From contig CALVIG010000002.1 in assembly GCA_944329425.1 (NCBI GenBank), forward strand, positions 593-64,592: a stretch of DNA of 64,000 nt, given 5' to 3'. The DNA is from an uncultured Bacilli bacterium. GTDB taxonomy: Bacteria > Bacillota_I > Bacilli_A > RF39 > UBA660. Below the pieces are notes generated by a model. The model was given only the letters and a program-made list of their open reading frames with translations. It ran no database searches and had not been told where the DNA came from. Positions 27,265-36,770 of this stretch are shown in pieces; position 1 is the first letter of the stretch; each line of letters begins with the position of its first letter. A program made the position numbers and the translations under genes.

Positions 27265-28296
27265 ATGAACAGTATTTATAATTATACTTTAAATGATTTA
27301 CAAGCGTATTTTGAAGAAATAGGTGAGTCTAAATATAGGGCGAGTCAAGTTTTTGACTGGCTTTACGTTAAAAGGGTTAAATCTTTTGATGATATGACTA
27401 ATTTGAAGAAACCTTTGATTAAATATTTAAAAAAAAATTTCTCTTTTGATACCTTAAAATTAATAAAGGTTCAAAAAGACGTGGATGTAAAAAAATACTT
27501 ATTTGAATTATATGATGGAAATAAGATTGAAGCGGTGTTAATGAACCATGATTATGGTAATAGTTTGTGTGTGTCATCTCAAGTTGGATGTAACATGGGG
27601 TGTAGGTTTTGTGAAAGCGGAAGGCTAAAAAAAGTAAGAAATCTTTTTGCTTTTGAGTTGGTTCTTCAGGTTTTAAAAGTTGAAGAAGAAACTAATGAAA
27701 GAATAAGTCACATAGTATTAATGGGAATAGGAGAACCTTTTGATAATTATGATAACGTTATGAAATTTATTAATATAATTAATGACCCTAAGGGAATAAA
27801 TATTGGAATAAGGCACATTACCATATCTACTTGTGGCATTGTTCCAAAAATAAAACAATTTATGGAAGAAAAAACCGGTGTTAATTTGGCGATAAGTTTA
27901 CATGCTCCTAACGATATAATTAGAAATGAAATAATGCCCATAAATAAGGCATATAACATTGAGAATGTTATATCAACGGTTAAAGAATACATAGATAAAA
28001 CAAATAGAAGGGTAACTTTTGAATACATTTTATTAGATGGTGTTAATGATAGTGAAAAATGTGCACTTGAGCTATCCAGATTGCTAAAGGGAATAAACTG
28101 TTACGTTAATTTGATTCCGTATAATGAAACTAGTCATATTGAATATAAAAGTAGTAAAAAAGTGACAATTAATAAATTTTATGATATATTAAAAAGGAAT
28201 AATATAAATGTTACAATAAGACGCGAGTTTGGTTCTAAAGTATCAGCGGCATGTGGCCAGCTTAGAAGTGAACAAGCAACCGAAAGTGAGCGATAA
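27265..28296 (+). CDS. rlmN: 23S rRNA/tRNA (adenine2503-C2)-methyltransferase RlmN (radical SAM)
   Basis: CxxxCxxC (CNMGCRFC) radical-SAM motif. Typical RlmN N-terminus. Canonical position before prpC-prkC. Confidence 0.85.
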   Translation: MNSIYNYTLNDLQAYFEEIGESKYRASQVFDWLYVKRVKSFDDMTNLKKPLIKYLKKNFSFDTLKLIKVQKDVDVKKYLFELYDGNKIEAVLMNHDYGNSLCVSSQVGCNMGCRFCESGRLKKVRNLFAFELVLQVLKVEEETNERISHIVLMGIGEPFDNYDNVMKFINIINDPKGINIGIRHITISTCGIVPKIKQFMEEKTGVNLAISLHAPNDIIRNEIMPINKAYNIENVISTVKEYIDKTNRRVTFEYILLDGVNDSEKCALELSRLLKGINCYVNLIPYNETSHIEYKSSKKVTINKFYDILKRNNINVTIRREFGSKVSAACGQLRSEQATESER

Positions 28297-28297
28297 T

Positions 28298-29041
28298 ATG
28301 AAGGCGTATTACATAACTGATACTGGAAAAGTTAGAACTCATAATGAGGATTCAGTAATGATTGTTCAAAACTTATCTGGAGAATATTTAATGGTAGTTG
28401 CGGATGGTATGGGTGGTCATAAAGCAGGTGAAGTAGCTTCTTCAATCGTGGTTAACGGACTTACTGAAAAGTTTAAGAAACTAGAGACCATCGGCGAAAA
28501 ACAAGATGCGGTTAATTGGATTAGGAAAAATGCTAATGAATTAAATGAAGCCATATTTAAATACACAGATGAATTTGAAGAAAGCAAAGGTATGGGAACA
28601 ACCCTTGTTTTAGCTATCGTAACTAATAATTATATACTTTTTGGAAACGTTGGCGATTCTTCCGGTTTTGTAATGAAAAAGGGAGTTTTATATAAAGTTA
28701 CAAAAGATCATACTTTAGTTAATTTATTAGTTGAAACTGGTGAACTTACTCCAGAGGAAGCTGAAAATCATCCTAGAAAAAACGTATTAATGAGAGCACT
28801 TGGAGCTAACAACCCAATAGATGTTGATATTTTTGACGTTGATATGGGAAGTGATGCAATACTTTTGTGTAGTGATGGGCTAACTAACATGCTTACAAAC
28901 GCTCAAATAGAAAAGGTTTTAAATAGTGATTTGAGCTTGGAAGAAAGAATAGTTAAATTGATAAGAAAGAGTAATTTAAGGGGTGGTACAGATAATGTTT
29001 CCATTGCTTATTTAGAAAAAGAAAGTGGTGAAGACAAGTGA
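28298..29041 (+). CDS. prpC: PP2C-family Ser/Thr phosphatase (PrpC/Stp)
   Basis: MKAYYITDTGKVRTHNED...VADGMGGH...CSDGL motifs. Start immediately after the rlmN stop (track ORF 28229 is an upstream extension). Confidence 0.8.
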   Translation: MKAYYITDTGKVRTHNEDSVMIVQNLSGEYLMVVADGMGGHKAGEVASSIVVNGLTEKFKKLETIGEKQDAVNWIRKNANELNEAIFKYTDEFEESKGMGTTLVLAIVTNNYILFGNVGDSSGFVMKKGVLYKVTKDHTLVNLLVETGELTPEEAENHPRKNVLMRALGANNPIDVDIFDVDMGSDAILLCSDGLTNMLTNAQIEKVLNSDLSLEERIVKLIRKSNLRGGTDNVSIAYLEKESGEDK

Positions 29042-30798
29042 TTGCAAAAGGTCAAAAAATAAATGATCGTTATGAAATCGAAAAATTAATTGGTGAAGGT
29101 GGAATGGCTAACGTATATTTAGCTCATGATACCATTTTGGATAGAAAAGTAGCTGTTAAGGTGTTAAGAGGTGATCTAGCAGGTGATGAAAAGTTTGTTA
29201 GACGCTTTCAAAGAGAAGCTTTATCTGCTTCATCTTTATCTCATCCTAACATAGTTGAAATATATGACGTTGGTGAAGATGATGGAAACTTTTACATAGT
29301 AATGGAGTTTATTGAAGGAAAAACCTTAAAACAATTAATAAAAAAAAGAGGGGTTTTATCCCTTTCAGAAACAATTGATATTATGCTTCAATTACTAGAT
29401 GCACTTGCAACGGCTCATGATTCATACATAATTCATAGGGATATTAAGCCTCAAAACATTATGATAAAGGAAAGTGGCTTAGTAAAGATAACGGATTTTG
29501 GTATTGCAATGGCACTTAATAGTGTTGAACTTACCCAAACAAATTCAGTTATGGGTTCGGTTCACTATTTGCCTCCTGAGCAAGCTAGTGGTAAGGGCTC
29601 AACCATTAGAAGTGATATTTATTCACTTGGAATATTAATGTTTGAAATGCTTACTGGTAAAATGCCTTTTAAGGGTGATAGTGCGGTTGAAATAGCCTTA
29701 AAACACATGAAGGAACCATTACCTAGCGTAAGGGAACTTAATCCGGTTGTTCCGCAGTCAGTTGAAAACATAATAATAAAAGCAGCGGCTAAAAATCCTA
29801 AAAATAGATATCGTGATGTAAGAGAAATGGCAGCTGATATTAAAACTTGCTTAGATGCTGATAAACAAAATGAAAATAAAATTGTATTTAAGTATCCAGA
29901 AACCGATTTTTCTGATACTAAAACGGTTAATGTATTAAAAAAAGAAACAAAAGAAGAAAAAGAACAAAAACCAGTAGTAAAGCAAATAACCGATGATGAT
30001 AAAATAGAAAAAAGTAATAAAAAGAAAATGATTGTTATAGGAAGTATAATAGCGGTTTTTGCATTTATTATGGCACTTATTGTTATAATTATTCCTAAAG
30101 TAACCGAGTCTAAGGAAATTAAAATTCCTGACGTATATGGTATGGAAATCTCAAAAGCAGAAGACATGTTAAAGAAAGCTGGCTTTAAGATTGAATCCAA
30201 ATCAAAATCCAGTGATGAAGTGGATGAAAACTTGGTAATTGAAACTGAACCAACTAAAAATAGGTACGCTAAAAAGGGAAGTACCGTTACAATTTATTAT
30301 TCATCAGGAACTAAGAAAATAGAGATTGAAGATTATGTGGGACAAAATGTTTATGAAGTCAAAGCAAAGCTAGAGTTAAGCGGAATTGTCGTTGTAATAG
30401 AAGAAAAAGAAGTTACGGATTCTGAAAAATATGAAGGTAAAGAACAATTAATAATAGAGCAAAGCGTTAGTAGCGGAGAAAAAATTGCTTCTGGTGAAAA
30501 AATAGTTTTATACATACCTAAAATATTAACGACGTATCCAGATATGGTAACTGATGCTTGGAGCCTTGATAGGGCTACGGAATTTTGTGAAAAATATGGA
30601 TTAACCATTAAGGTTGTTTATATGGAAACGGCTAGTGTGGAAGAAAATACCATTTTAGCACAATCTCCAAAAGCAGGTGAAGAAGTATTTGAAAATGATG
30701 TTTTTAAGGTTACGGTTGCAAAGAAACCAACAACAACCACAACTACTAGCGAACAGGAAACAGACACTCAAGAACCTGGTGATGAGCAAGGTGAATAA
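29038..30798 (+). CDS. prkC: Ser/Thr protein kinase PrkC with three extracellular PASTA domains
   Basis: Hanks kinase motifs (GxGxxA, HRDIKPQN, DFG), TM segment, then 3 PASTA repeats and a poly-Thr tail. GTG start overlapping the prpC stop. Confidence 0.85.
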   Translation: MIAKGQKINDRYEIEKLIGEGGMANVYLAHDTILDRKVAVKVLRGDLAGDEKFVRRFQREALSASSLSHPNIVEIYDVGEDDGNFYIVMEFIEGKTLKQLIKKRGVLSLSETIDIMLQLLDALATAHDSYIIHRDIKPQNIMIKESGLVKITDFGIAMALNSVELTQTNSVMGSVHYLPPEQASGKGSTIRSDIYSLGILMFEMLTGKMPFKGDSAVEIALKHMKEPLPSVRELNPVVPQSVENIIIKAAAKNPKNRYRDVREMAADIKTCLDADKQNENKIVFKYPETDFSDTKTVNVLKKETKEEKEQKPVVKQITDDDKIEKSNKKKMIVIGSIIAVFAFIMALIVIIIPKVTESKEIKIPDVYGMEISKAEDMLKKAGFKIESKSKSSDEVDENLVIETEPTKNRYAKKGSTVTIYYSSGTKKIEIEDYVGQNVYEVKAKLELSGIVVVIEEKEVTDSEKYEGKEQLIIEQSVSSGEKIASGEKIVLYIPKILTTYPDMVTDAWSLDRATEFCEKYGLTIKVVYMETASVEENTILAQSPKAGEEVFENDVFKVTVAKKPTTTTTTSEQETDTQEPGDEQGE

Positions 30799-31640
30799 TG
30801 GTAGGTAAAGTAATTAAATTAATAAGTAATAAATGGACGGTACAGGTAGAAGAACATTATTATGAATGTTCTTCTATTGGTAAGTTTAAATATTTAAAAG
30901 TATCACCTTTAGTTGGTGATGTCGTAGAAATAGATATAAATAATAAAGTAATAACAAAGATTTATCCAAGGAAAAATGAACTTGTGAGACCACCAATTGC
31001 AAACGTTGATCAAGCAATCATATTAACTAGTTGTAAAGAACCTGATTTTTCTAGTAATTTATTAGATAAGATGTTAGTTATCATTGAATATAATAACGTA
31101 AAACCAATAATATGCTTTACAAAGTATGATTTACTTAAAGATACTAAGGAAATAGATGAAATTATAAATTATTATAAAAAGGTTGGTTATGAGGTATATA
31201 TCAATAGTGATGTTGAAAAAATAAAATCTGTTTTTAAAGGGAAAATCACGGTTTTAACCGGGCAAACCGGCGTTGGTAAATCTTCTTTGTTAAACAGTTT
31301 AAAAAAGGATCTTAATTTACCTACTGGTGAAATATCAAAAGCTTTAGGTAGAGGAAGACACACCACAAGGCACGTTGAATTGTTGGAGATAGAAGATGGT
31401 TTGGTAGCGGATACCCCAGGTTTTTCATCGCTTGATTTTATTGGGATGGATAAAAATGATATAAAAGATAATTTCGTTGAGTTTTATGAAAACCAAGATA
31501 AGTGTAAATATAAGGATTGTTTACATTTAAAAGAAGATGGTTGTTACATAAAAAAAATGGTTGAAGAAGGAAAAATTAGAAGTACAAGGTATGATAATTA
31601 TAAAAAGTTTATTGAAAGTGTTGTTGAAAAAAAGAGGTAA
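30798..31640 (+). CDS. rsgA: Ribosome small-subunit-dependent GTPase A (RsgA/YloQ)
   Basis: Circularly permuted GTPase with G4 NKxD (TKYD), G1 GQTGVGKSS and zinc-finger cysteines. Confidence 0.85.
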   Translation: MVGKVIKLISNKWTVQVEEHYYECSSIGKFKYLKVSPLVGDVVEIDINNKVITKIYPRKNELVRPPIANVDQAIILTSCKEPDFSSNLLDKMLVIIEYNNVKPIICFTKYDLLKDTKEIDEIINYYKKVGYEVYINSDVEKIKSVFKGKITVLTGQTGVGKSSLLNSLKKDLNLPTGEISKALGRGRHTTRHVELLEIEDGLVADTPGFSSLDFIGMDKNDIKDNFVEFYENQDKCKYKDCLHLKEDGCYIKKMVEEGKIRSTRYDNYKKFIESVVEKKR

Positions 31641-31643
31641 CGT

Positions 31644-32264
31644 ATGAAAGTTTCAGTATCGGTATTAAGTGAGTATGATAGGTTAATTGCAGCGGTAAAA
31701 AAAGTAAATGAATCAACCGCGGATTTTATTCATGTTGATGTCATGGATGGTAAGTTTGTTGATAACGAAAAGTTTTCGGTTGAAGTAGTAAAAGACATAA
31801 TTAGTATTAGTAAAAAACCACTAGATGTACATTTGATGGTAAAAGATTTAGAAACAATAAAAAAATATGCATTATTAAAACCAGAATACCTAACTTTTCA
31901 CGTTGAGGTATTAAATGACCGTGGAATTATAGATTATGTAAAAAAACTAGGTATAAAAGTTGGGCTTGCGATAAATCCAGAAACTTCAATAAACGAACTT
32001 TATCCATACATAGATGACGTTGATTTAATATTGTTCATGAGCGTTAAACCAGGTTATGGAGGTCAACCTTTTAAGGAAGAAGTTATAGATAAAATAAAAA
32101 GTTTTAAAAAAATGGCACCATCTGATTTAGTTATCAGCGTTGATGGGGGTATAAATGATAAAACCATAAGTTTATGTAAGTATGCTGGATGTGATATGGT
32201 TGTAGCGGGTTCTTTTATCACTAATTCAGATAATTATGATGAAAAAATAAGGGAATTAAGATAA
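31644..32264 (+). CDS. rpe: Ribulose-phosphate 3-epimerase
   Basis: 206 aa. VHVDVMDG...HLMV motifs. Canonical position after rsgA. Confidence 0.85.
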   Translation: MKVSVSVLSEYDRLIAAVKKVNESTADFIHVDVMDGKFVDNEKFSVEVVKDIISISKKPLDVHLMVKDLETIKKYALLKPEYLTFHVEVLNDRGIIDYVKKLGIKVGLAINPETSINELYPYIDDVDLILFMSVKPGYGGQPFKEEVIDKIKSFKKMAPSDLVISVDGGINDKTISLCKYAGCDMVVAGSFITNSDNYDEKIRELR

Positions 32265-32289
32265 ATAATAGTTATAAAGTAATAAAATG

Positions 32290-32462
32290 CTTTACAAATC
32301 ATAAAAATTATTGTATACTTATAAAGTAATTTTGATATGAAGGAAAGAAGATTGTATTTATCTCACCCGATTACTAAAGTAATGGGTTAAACGCCAAACT
32401 ATAAATAAATTATGTTTTATATGCGTTTTTAGGGTAAATACAACTTTGTATTTGCTTTTTTT
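32290..32462 (+). ncRNA. L20-binding autoregulatory leader of the infC-rpmI-rplT operon (with intrinsic terminator/attenuator)
   Basis: About 170-nt structured leader upstream of infC. Ends in hairpin AAATACAA..TTGTATTT plus T7 (about 32436-32462) immediately before the infC SD, as in the Bacillus L20 leader. Confidence 0.5.
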
Positions 32463-32477
32463 ATGGAGGTGCTTAAC

Positions 32478-33005
32478 ATAGCAAAAGAAAAAGACATGCC
32501 AATTAATGATCAGATTAGGGTAAAACAAATGTTGGTAATAGGTCCTAATGGTGAACAATTGGGAATTAAATCAAAGGATGAAGCTTTAACTTTAGCTTCT
32601 TATGCTGGGTTTGATTTGGTTTTAATCAATGATAAGGGTGAAAATCCAGTTTGTAAATTAATGGATTATAACAAGTTTAAGTATGAGAAGAAAAAGAAGT
32701 TAAAGGAATCTCAAAAGAAACAAAAAGAAAATAATGCAGAAACAAAAGAATACCGATTATCACCAAACATTGATGTACATGATTTTAATACCAAACTTAC
32801 AAATGCTAGAAAGTATTTGGAAAAGGGACATAAAATCAAGTTATCAATTCGTTTTAGGGGGCGTGAAATGCAATTTACCGACAAAGGTAAAGAAGTTTTA
32901 CTAAGGTTTGCAGATGAATTAAAAGAAGTTGGTGCACTAGAAAGTGCTCCGGTTCTTGATGGAAGAAACATGATGGCTATGCTTAGCCCGGTAAAGAATA
33001 AGTAA
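32478..33005 (+). CDS. infC: Translation initiation factor IF-3, probably initiated at AUA
   Basis: Track ORF starts at ATG 32463, but that ATG is part of the SD (ATGGAGGTG). In-frame ATA lies 6 nt after GGAGGTG, whereas the next ATG is 24 nt away. The protein from ATA (IAKEKDMPINDQIRVKQMLVIGPNGEQLGIKSKDEAL...) is collinear with B. subtilis IF3. Non-AUG (AUU/AUA) initiation is a known IF3 autoregulatory feature. Confidence 0.8.
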   Translation: MAKEKDMPINDQIRVKQMLVIGPNGEQLGIKSKDEALTLASYAGFDLVLINDKGENPVCKLMDYNKFKYEKKKKLKESQKKQKENNAETKEYRLSPNIDVHDFNTKLTNARKYLEKGHKIKLSIRFRGREMQFTDKGKEVLLRFADELKEVGALESAPVLDGRNMMAMLSPVKNK

Positions 33006-33027
33006 TCTTAAGGTAGGAGGATATATA

Positions 33028-33231
33028 ATGGCAAAAAAAACACAAAAAACTCATAAAGGAACTAAGAAAGTATTAAACGTTAGACAAAGTGGTACTATCA
33101 CAATCGGAAGACCAGGATCAAGACATAATACTGGTTCTAAGAACGCTGCTTATAACAGAAAAAACAGAGCAGGATCTAAATTAAGTAAAGCTGATTCTAA
33201 TAGATTAAAGAGAATTATTGACACATTATAA
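33028..33231 (+). CDS. rpmI: 50S ribosomal protein L35
   Basis: 67 aa, very basic. Position between infC and rplT. Confidence 0.75.
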   Translation: MAKKTQKTHKGTKKVLNVRQSGTITIGRPGSRHNTGSKNAAYNRKNRAGSKLSKADSNRLKRIIDTL

Positions 33232-33258
33232 TAACGGGTAAAGAAGGAGGATTTAAAG

Positions 33259-33825
33259 ATGGCAAGAGTAAAAAATGGTGCTGTAACTAAAGCACGTCAT
33301 AAAAAAGTATTAAAGGAAGCTAAAGGATATTTTGGAAGTAAACATCGTTTATATAAAACTGCAAAAGAACAATTAATGCATTCTAGAGTTTATGCATACA
33401 GGGATAGAAGACAAAATAAACGTAATTTTAGAAAATTATGGATTGTACGTATTAACGCTGCATGTCGTGAAAACGAAATTAGTTATTCAAGGTTTATTAA
33501 TGGTTTATCAAAAGCAGGTATTACCGTTAACCGTAAAATGCTTGCTGAAATAGCAATTGATTCACCAAAGGCTTTTACTGATTTAGTTATAATAGCTAAG
33601 GATGCTTTAGAAGGAAAAATGCCAAAGGAAGCAAAAGCTTCAGTAGCTAAAGCTGACTCAAAAAAAGAAGTTAAACAAGAAACTAAAAAAACTCCAGCAA
33701 AAAAAGAAGAAAAAGAAGATATATCAAAATTAACCGTAGCTGAGTTAAAGAAAATGGCTAAAGAAAAAGGTATCGAAGGATATACTTCTATGAAAAAGGC
33801 TGAATTATTAGAGAAACTAGCATAG
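33259..33825 (+). CDS. rplT: 50S ribosomal protein L20 with about 70-aa C-terminal extension ending in a Rho-N/SAP-like motif
   Basis: The first ~118 aa are canonical L20 ([26 protein letters not shown]...). They are followed by a K/E/A-rich linker and [31 protein letters not shown], which fits the Rho termination factor N-terminal (SAP-like) helix-extension-helix motif. Single uninterrupted ORF. Confidence 0.8.
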   Translation: MARVKNGAVTKARHKKVLKEAKGYFGSKHRLYKTAKEQLMHSRVYAYRDRRQNKRNFRKLWIVRINAACRENEISYSRFINGLSKAGITVNRKMLAEIAIDSPKAFTDLVIIAKDALEGKMPKEAKASVAKADSKKEVKQETKKTPAKKEEKEDISKLTVAELKKMAKEKGIEGYTSMKKAELLEKLA

Positions 33826-33862
33826 TTTCTTTTTTTATTGTATAATTGTTGTAGGTGGTAAC

Positions 33863-34798
33863 ATGAACGTTTATTTAATATATGGAAATGATTATAGTTT
33901 AATTAAAAGAGAAGTGAATAAAATCTCTTTAAATGCTAATGACGTTGTTAAATATGATTTATCCGTGGATAAAGTTGATAACTTGTTAGATGATGCTTCT
34001 TGTATGTCACTTTTAGATGAAAAGAAAGTAATTATTGGTGAAAATGCTTTATTTTTAACAACGTTAAATACTAACGTAAATCACAACTTAGAATATTTAT
34101 TTAATTATGTTAATGCCGAAAACCATGATAACATTATTGTATTAACGGTGGTAACTGATAAATTAGATGAAAGAAAAAAAATAGTTAAACTTTTAAAACA
34201 AAAGGCGAAAGTTATCCATAAATATCTAATAGAAGATAAAAATTTAAATGGTTTCGTGATGGATGAATTTAAAAACGCTGGATATAAAATGGATTTAAAA
34301 ACAGCTAATTATTTTGTTTCATACGTTGGTAAAAACGTTGATATTTTAGTTAGCGAAATAGAAAAAATGATTGTTTATAAAGATAATAATAAAATAGTTA
34401 CAATAAACGATATTAATGAAATTTCATCTAGGGGGTTTAAGGATAATGTTTTTGATTTAACTGATGCTATTACTAAAAGGGATTTTAAAAAAATGTATGA
34501 GTGTTATAATGATTTAATGGTTTTAGGAGAAGAACCGGTTAAAATAATAGCTCTTTTAGGTAATCAATTTTTGCTTATATATCAGGTTAAATTATTAAAT
34601 GAAAAAGGGAAGTCTAACACGGAAATATCACAAATTTTAAACGTTCATCCATACAGGGTTAAACTTGCTTTAGAAACTGATTTTTTAACTTATGAGTTAA
34701 AAGATATCTTAAAAAAATTACATGACCTTGATTTTGGAATTAAAAGTGGTAGTTTAGATAAAAACCATGCTTTGGAAGATTTTCTTTTACACCTTTAA
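33863..34798 (+). CDS. holA: DNA polymerase III delta subunit HolA
   Basis: 311 aa with delta-subunit N-domain architecture. Weak similarity but typical size. Confidence 0.6.
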   Translation: MNVYLIYGNDYSLIKREVNKISLNANDVVKYDLSVDKVDNLLDDASCMSLLDEKKVIIGENALFLTTLNTNVNHNLEYLFNYVNAENHDNIIVLTVVTDKLDERKKIVKLLKQKAKVIHKYLIEDKNLNGFVMDEFKNAGYKMDLKTANYFVSYVGKNVDILVSEIEKMIVYKDNNKIVTINDINEISSRGFKDNVFDLTDAITKRDFKKMYECYNDLMVLGEEPVKIIALLGNQFLLIYQVKLLNEKGKSNTEISQILNVHPYRVKLALETDFLTYELKDILKKLHDLDFGIKSGSLDKNHALEDFLLHL

Positions 34799-34855
34799 TG
34801 TTGAAGTTTTAAACACTATATGCTAAAATAAGTGTATAATACGGAGGATTAATTA

Positions 34856-34957
34856 TGAATGAGCTTGATGATAACGAAAAGAAAAAAATAATAATAAAAG
34901 TAGCAGTTTGTATAATTGCTTTGTTAATCGTAATGATAATAGGTATATTAATTTAAA
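34856..34957 (+). CDS. Possible 33-aa single-TM mini-protein
   Basis: MNELDDNEKKKIIIKVAVCIIALLIVMIIGILI. GGAGGA SD. Followed by a bidirectional terminator (about 34958-34985). Speculative. Confidence 0.2.
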
Positions 34958-34990
34958 AAAATTCCTAAAGAAGGAATTTTTTTTGTTTAT

Positions 34991-35803
34991 TTATAAGAAT
35001 AAAATAACAAGTATACCCGCAATTAAACAATATAACGAAAAATAACCAAGTTTTCCTTTTTTCATTATATCAATAAACCATTTAGCACTAAAATAAGTGA
35101 TTATTGCACTAGCTATCATACCGAAAGTATAAGGTAATACGAGTTGTCCAATACCTGGGGTTTCAATTAAATCTTTTACTCCTAAAACCATTGTGGCAAC
35201 ACTTATCGGTAAGTAAAGCATGAATGAGTAGTTAACGGCTGCTGGCCTTTTAAAATCTCTTGTCATGGCACCAACAACCGTTGCTCCACTTCTTGAAATT
35301 CCAGGGAAGAGCGCTACGGCTTGAAATAAACCAACCACTAAAGCATCAACGTACGTTAACTCTTTTTTTTCTTTTTTTCCTTTCATGTCTTTTATTAAGA
35401 AAAGTGCACATGCTGTTATTAAAAGGGCTATACCTACTAATTTTACGTTATCAGATATAAGATCTATTTTATCCTTTAACAATAGACCTAAAATTCCAGC
35501 AGGAATCGTACCAATAACGATTAACCAAGCATAATTATAATTTTCTTTGTAGCATTGTTTTTTTGTTTTTATAAATCCAAAAAAATCAGTAATTATTTTT
35601 ATAATTTCCTTTCTATATAAAAACAATATAGCTAAGAAAGAACCAAAATTAACAATTATTTCAAAGTTAATATCATTTAACATATCAAAGTTAAAAAGCT
35701 TTTTAAATATTAATAAATGACCACTTGAAGATATCGGAATAGGTTCGGTAAACCCTTGTATTATTCCTAAAAAAACATACTCTAATATTTTTATTACGTT
35801 CAT
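34991..35803 (-). CDS. uppP: Undecaprenyl-diphosphate phosphatase UppP/BacA
   Basis: 270 aa polytopic protein with BacA motifs (SRSGATV, PGISRSG). Confidence 0.85.
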   Translation of the reverse strand: MNVIKILEYVFLGIIQGFTEPIPISSSGHLLIFKKLFNFDMLNDINFEIIVNFGSFLAILFLYRKEIIKIITDFFGFIKTKKQCYKENYNYAWLIVIGTIPAGILGLLLKDKIDLISDNVKLVGIALLITACALFLIKDMKGKKEKKELTYVDALVVGLFQAVALFPGISRSGATVVGAMTRDFKRPAAVNYSFMLYLPISVATMVLGVKDLIETPGIGQLVLPYTFGMIASAIITYFSAKWFIDIMKKGKLGYFSLYCLIAGILVILFL

Positions 35804-35870
35804 ATTATCTCTCCTTACTATCTATTACATTATATACTAAAATTAAAACAAAATAAATAGTATTTAGTAG

Positions 35871-36101
35871 GTGATAGAAATGCTTATTAAAATTTTTTTA
35901 TTTTTATTAGGTTTTGGTTTAATGACTATTGGTTTTTCGACACTTATTTTGTACATAAATTTATTTAGTTTTGGGTATAATTTTAAAGAATACGTTAGTT
36001 ATGTAGTGAAAATTCCAGAATTTTATTATTTGTTAATTGGCTTTTTGTTACTTAATGTTTCAATTTTGTTAAAAGGAGAAAAAGATGAAAAACACATTTG
36101 A
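35871..36101 (+). CDS. Small two-TM membrane protein (76 aa)
   Basis: ORF with two hydrophobic helices. Overlaps the next gene by 17 nt (operonic). Confidence 0.35.
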   Translation: MIEMLIKIFLFLLGFGLMTIGFSTLILYINLFSFGYNFKEYVSYVVKIPEFYYLLIGFLLLNVSILLKGEKDEKHI

Positions 36102-36723
36102 TATTTTGGTTAATTTTAAAAAATATGCATATGAGTTTTATGAATGGGAAAAAGATGATGATATAAAACACGTTAAAACAATACCTACTTTTAGGGTTTC
36201 ACTAGGTTGTTTGCGTGATTTTATGAATTGTAACTTAGTTGTAGAAAAAAGTTTTTTAGACGTAATACGCGGAAAAACTGAAGTATTTTGTAAAGGCATA
36301 ATAAAGGTATTAGACTATTGTTGTATATTGTTTTGTGGAGAAAAAGTTGTAGCGGTTGTTTTTGATAACGATGGTAATTTAATTGGTAAAAGTAACTTAT
36401 TATTTGATGAGGCTGATGACGTTGTTTTGTCTTGTAATGATTTAACAGAAACAAAAATAAATTATAAAATAATTTCTAAAACAAGTCATAATTATAATTG
36501 TACTAGAAAAGAAAGTAAGAAGATTAATTATTTATTAAATTACGTTAATGATATTTACGGTAATAACAGTGATTATGAAATTAGGTACGTATATTTTGAA
36601 TGCTTTAATAAAATGTTAGAAAATAACGAAGAAGCCTATTTAGAATTGAAAAAACAAATTGAAAATTATAATTTTGATATTATAGAAAAATTAACTGCGT
36701 TAATTAAAGTTTTAAAAAAATAG
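36085..36723 (+). CDS. Hypothetical Cys-rich protein (212 aa)
   Basis: Long ORF with no recognisable domain. Translationally coupled to the upstream mini-membrane protein. Confidence 0.4.
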   Translation: MKNTFDILVNFKKYAYEFYEWEKDDDIKHVKTIPTFRVSLGCLRDFMNCNLVVEKSFLDVIRGKTEVFCKGIIKVLDYCCILFCGEKVVAVVFDNDGNLIGKSNLLFDEADDVVLSCNDLTETKINYKIISKTSHNYNCTRKESKKINYLLNYVNDIYGNNSDYEIRYVYFECFNKMLENNEEAYLELKKQIENYNFDIIEKLTALIKVLKK

Positions 36724-36770
36724 TATAAAAAATTTCGTCCTTGCCAAATTATTATTGAAGGAGGATGAAT

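Noticed and set aside
32463-32477. ATG at 32463 as the infC start codon.
   Set aside because: That ATG is the first three bases of the ATGGAGGTG Shine-Dalgarno sequence, with no SD upstream of it. The optimally spaced in-frame codon is ATA at 32478.
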